Assembly: GCA_964558195.1 (NCBI GenBank)
Contig: CAZLCB010000003.1
Location: 1 to 43,395, forward strand
Direction of reading: 5' to 3'
Origin: an uncultured Gammaproteobacteria bacterium
GTDB taxonomy: Bacteria; Patescibacteriota; Microgenomatia; UBA12405
Length of the DNA: 43,395 bases
Below the pieces are notes generated by a model, which ran no database searches, was not told the DNA's origin, and saw only the letters and a list, made by a program, of their open reading frames with translations. The first letter of the stretch is position 1. The number at the start of each line of letters is the position of its first letter. Made by a program: the position numbers and the translations under genes. Positions 40,528 through 43,395 of this stretch are shown here, piece after piece.

Positions 40528-41169
40528 TTAAGACAGAAAAAGAAAATCTAAAGCGGATTTAGGATCGACATTGGATTCAATCATTTTTATGGCTTTAAGA
40601 ATTTTTTGAATAGTCTTGGAGTTTTGAACTGATGGATTCGATTTTAAAAGTGAATGATATATTTGAAGTTGATTTTCGAGTAAAGGAAGAACTTGGGTTT
40701 TGTCTTTAGATAAAGTCTCACTTAGAGTTAGATCTTTTTTAATATTTTTAGAGAAAATCAGACAATCTTTTGCTTGACACTGAAAGGACACATTTTTTAT
40801 TTTTATAGTTTGACAGCGAGAGGTAATGGTGGGTAAAAGTTTTGCCGGTTTAGAAGTGGTAATTATTAGGTAATTATTTTCTCCTGGGTCTTCGAGGGTT
40901 TTGAGGAGAGCATTTTGTGACTCAATATTTAATTGATGAACATCGTAAATAATAATGATTTTATTGGTGTGATTGAATGGTTTTTTGGAAATGAAATTTT
41001 TGATCTGCCTGATAAGTTCAATGGTCCAACCAGTTTGTTGATCAATGATAAAAATATCAGGGTTGTTTGGATTTATTTGATTATTTAAGATTTTACAAAT
41101 TTGGTCAATTTTTTGGTTAATCTGTTCTAGATTTGATGAGGTAATTAAAGTTGAGGGGAAGATATTCAT
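40528..41169 (-). CDS. holB: DNA polymerase III delta-prime-like clamp loader subunit (short)
   Basis: NPD, QNALLKTLEDP and LLPTITSRCQ. Confidence 0.8.
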   Translation of the reverse strand: MNIFPSTLITSSNLEQINQKIDQICKILNNQINPNNPDIFIIDQQTGWTIELIRQIKNFISKKPFNHTNKIIIIYDVHQLNIESQNALLKTLEDPGENNYLIITTSKPAKLLPTITSRCQTIKIKNVSFQCQAKDCLIFSKNIKKDLTLSETLSKDKTQVLPLLENQLQIYHSLLKSNPSVQNSKTIQKILKAIKMIESNVDPKSALDFLFLS

Positions 41170-41215
41170 TTTGATTGATTTGATGTTTAAAAAAATGTAC
41201 TATGAATGTAGTATT

Positions 41216-42955
41216 ATGGATAATTTTAACTCAAAAACCTATAAAAATTTACGGGAGGTTTTGAAGGATGATGGTTTGATTAAGGATGATGTTTTTGAGG
41301 AAATTAATTTGCGCCAATTGAAAACCGGAGAGTCGGAGGACGATATTATAAAATCGATGAGATTGGTAAGTGACGATGATTTTGTAAAGGCTAAAGCAAA
41401 ATTTCTCAAAGTTTCATTTGTTGATCTGGATAATACAGCTTTTTCTCCGGAGGCTTTAAGTTTAGTACCGGAAAGTGTGGCTCAAAAATATAATATAGTC
41501 CCCTATCGGTTGGATACTAAGACAAAAACTTTATTTGTAACGATGGTTAATCCGTTGGATTTGGAAACATTGGAGTTTTTGGAGAAAAAAACTAGTTTAA
41601 AGATAAGTGCAGCGATATCAACTAAAAAACAAGTAGAGAACTTTATTAAAGAAAAATATATAAGGGAAAAAAGCATTACTTCGGAAGTAAATAAAGCTTT
41701 GGATGAGAGAAAAATTGATGAAGGAGAGTTAAAAAAGGCGCAAGAGAAAGTAGCGGTTGAAGCACCAGTGGCGAAGATAGTTTCGACTATTTTAGAGTAT
41801 GCAGTTAAATCGAGAGCTTCGGATATCCATATAGAGCCACAGGAAGATAATGTAAGAATTAGATATAGAATTGACGGTATTTTGCAGGAGAAATATTTGT
41901 TACCAAGAAATGTACATGATGCAGTGGTTTCAAGAATTAAAATTCTATCTGATTTAAAAATTGATGAAAAACGGGTACCCCAAGACGGAAGATTTTTCTT
42001 TTCGGCAGACGGTAATGATGTTGATTTACGTATATCTACTTTACCGACAACTTATGGAGAAAAAGTGGTAATGCGTTTATTAAAAAAATCCCAGAAAGTG
42101 CCAACATTGCCGGATTTGGGATTAAGAGGTTTGGCTTTGAAGAATTTAATGAGTTCGATTCAAAGGCCTCATGGAATTATTATTGTTTGCGGTCCGACTG
42201 GTTCGGGTAAAACTACAACTTTGTATTCGATTTTGGATGTAGTATCAACTTCTAAAGTAAATGTGGTAACAATTGAAGATCCAGTGGAATATCAAATGAA
42301 AGGGGTTAATCAGGTACAAGTAAATGTACAGGCGGGTTTAACTTTTGCTTCAGCTTTGAGGTCGTTTTTACGTCAAGATCCAAATGTGATTATGGTGGGA
42401 GAAGTCCGTGATGCGGAAACGGCTGATTTGGCAATAAATGCGGCTTTAACCGGTCATTTGGTTTTTTCAACACTACATACTAACGATGCGTCTGGTGTGC
42501 CGCCAAGATTGTTAGATATGGGAGCTGAACCGTTTTTGCTGGTTTCTTCATTGAATTGTGTGGTGGGTCAGCGGGTGTTGAGAAGAGTATGTAAAGAGTG
42601 TATTAGTGAAAGAGAAATGACTCCCGATGAGGAAAGGGAAATTAAAACGACTTTAGGTCCGATATATGGTTTGGTAGAGGATAAATATAAAAAGGAAAAT
42701 AAAAAGATAATGTTGCCAAAAATAGTCGGGTGTGAAAAGTGTAATAATACTGGATATATGGGTAGAATTGCTATTTACGAAGTAATGCCTATTTCGGAAA
42801 AAATTTCAAAATTAATTATCGAAAAAGCGGCGGCTTCATCGATTCAAAAACAGGCAATGGAAGAAGGAATGTTGACTATGAAGCAAGATGGTTATGTTAA
42901 GGTTTTAGAAGGAGTTACCACTATGGATGAAGTGGTAAGAGTGGCACAATATTAA
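41216..42955 (+). CDS. pilB: Type IV pilus assembly ATPase (PilB/GspE)
   Basis: ASDIHIEP, GPTGSGKTT, TIEDPVE, LRQDP, GHLVFSTLH and tetracysteine motif. Start likely at MDNF. Confidence 0.92.
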   Translation: MDNFNSKTYKNLREVLKDDGLIKDDVFEEINLRQLKTGESEDDIIKSMRLVSDDDFVKAKAKFLKVSFVDLDNTAFSPEALSLVPESVAQKYNIVPYRLDTKTKTLFVTMVNPLDLETLEFLEKKTSLKISAAISTKKQVENFIKEKYIREKSITSEVNKALDERKIDEGELKKAQEKVAVEAPVAKIVSTILEYAVKSRASDIHIEPQEDNVRIRYRIDGILQEKYLLPRNVHDAVVSRIKILSDLKIDEKRVPQDGRFFFSADGNDVDLRISTLPTTYGEKVVMRLLKKSQKVPTLPDLGLRGLALKNLMSSIQRPHGIIIVCGPTGSGKTTTLYSILDVVSTSKVNVVTIEDPVEYQMKGVNQVQVNVQAGLTFASALRSFLRQDPNVIMVGEVRDAETADLAINAALTGHLVFSTLHTNDASGVPPRLLDMGAEPFLLVSSLNCVVGQRVLRRVCKECISEREMTPDEEREIKTTLGPIYGLVEDKYKKENKKIMLPKIVGCEKCNNTGYMGRIAIYEVMPISEKISKLIIEKAAASSIQKQAMEEGMLTMKQDGYVKVLEGVTTMDEVVRVAQY

Positions 42956-42960
42956 TTAGT

Positions 42961-42988
42961 AAATTAGTAATTAGCTAGTAGTAAATAG
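42961..42988 (+). repeat. Four-unit heptamer array NNNNTAG
   Basis: AAATTAG TAATTAG CTAGTAG TAAATAG; TAG recurs every 7 nt. Confidence 0.5.
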
Positions 42989-43003
42989 CAAAACAAAAAC
43001 AAG

Positions 43004-43395
43004 ATGCATACAAAATTACAGGAATTGTTGAGTTTGGCTTTATCAAATAAAGCGTCTGATATTCATTTAATGCATGGGGTGCCACCAAAAATAAGGGTTG
43101 ATGGTGATTTGATCACGGCGCCAAATTGGATGGAGGTTGACGACAAGTTGACTGATGAGATGATTTTATCTTTATTAACAGAGGAACAGTCAGGTGGGGT
43201 TAAACAAAATAAAGAATTGGATTTTTCATTTGATGCGATAGAAGCAAGGTTTAGAGCTAATGTTTATTGGCAAAAAGAGACTTTGGCTTGTGCTTTGAGA
43301 ATCATTTCTCCAGATATCCCCTCTTTTGATTCGTTACATTTACCTCAGATATTAAGATCTTTTTTGGATTATAAACAAGGGTTTGTATTGGTAAC
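43004..43395 (+). CDS. pilT: Type IV pilus retraction ATPase PilT, 3'-truncated by window edge
   Basis: My translation: MHTKLQELL..ASDIHLMHGVPPKIRVDG..ELDFSF..RFRANVY..ALRII..GFVLV. Not in the ORF track. Confidence 0.9.
   Translation, partial: MHTKLQELLSLALSNKASDIHLMHGVPPKIRVDGDLITAPNWMEVDDKLTDEMILSLLTEEQSGGVKQNKELDFSFDAIEARFRANVYWQKETLACALRIISPDIPSFDSLHLPQILRSFLDYKQGFVLV

Overview
AT-rich bacterial chromosome segment using genetic code 11. Gene content, minimal intergenic spaces and unusual orphans suggest a Patescibacteria/CPR (Microgenomates-like) genome; this is an inference. The genes are mostly housekeeping: cysS, rpsF-ssb-rpsR, ctpA, htrA, a domain-1-less RF1, rpmE, hisS, dnaB, lgt-like/dksA/lspA/rluA, yebC, pta, gyrBA, a MacAB-like exporter, pth, ligA, fic, holB-like and pilB/pilT, plus three tRNAs (His, Leu, Ala). 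No CRISPR array, prophage or intact transposase was seen. The most interesting part is the ~1 kb intergenic region at 21343-22312, upstream of a lone Xer-type recombinase. It holds a symmetric dif-like 28-mer and two DnaA-box matches. A hexamer, AGGGGA, flips strand across this region (hand count 14:0 on the left, 2:16 on the right), while the G-rich strand skew and the orientation of eight 4x7-bp micro-arrays do not flip. That combination suggests a single-Xer/dif segregation locus with a new KOPS-like motif uncoupled from replication-strand skew, possibly with origin and terminus co-located. Other notable signals are pervasive leaderless-type promoters, three different repeat elements inserted in frame in ligA, and a perfect palindrome that encodes the same C-terminus (EKKN) of two convergent genes. 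All motif counts are by eye and need computational confirmation.
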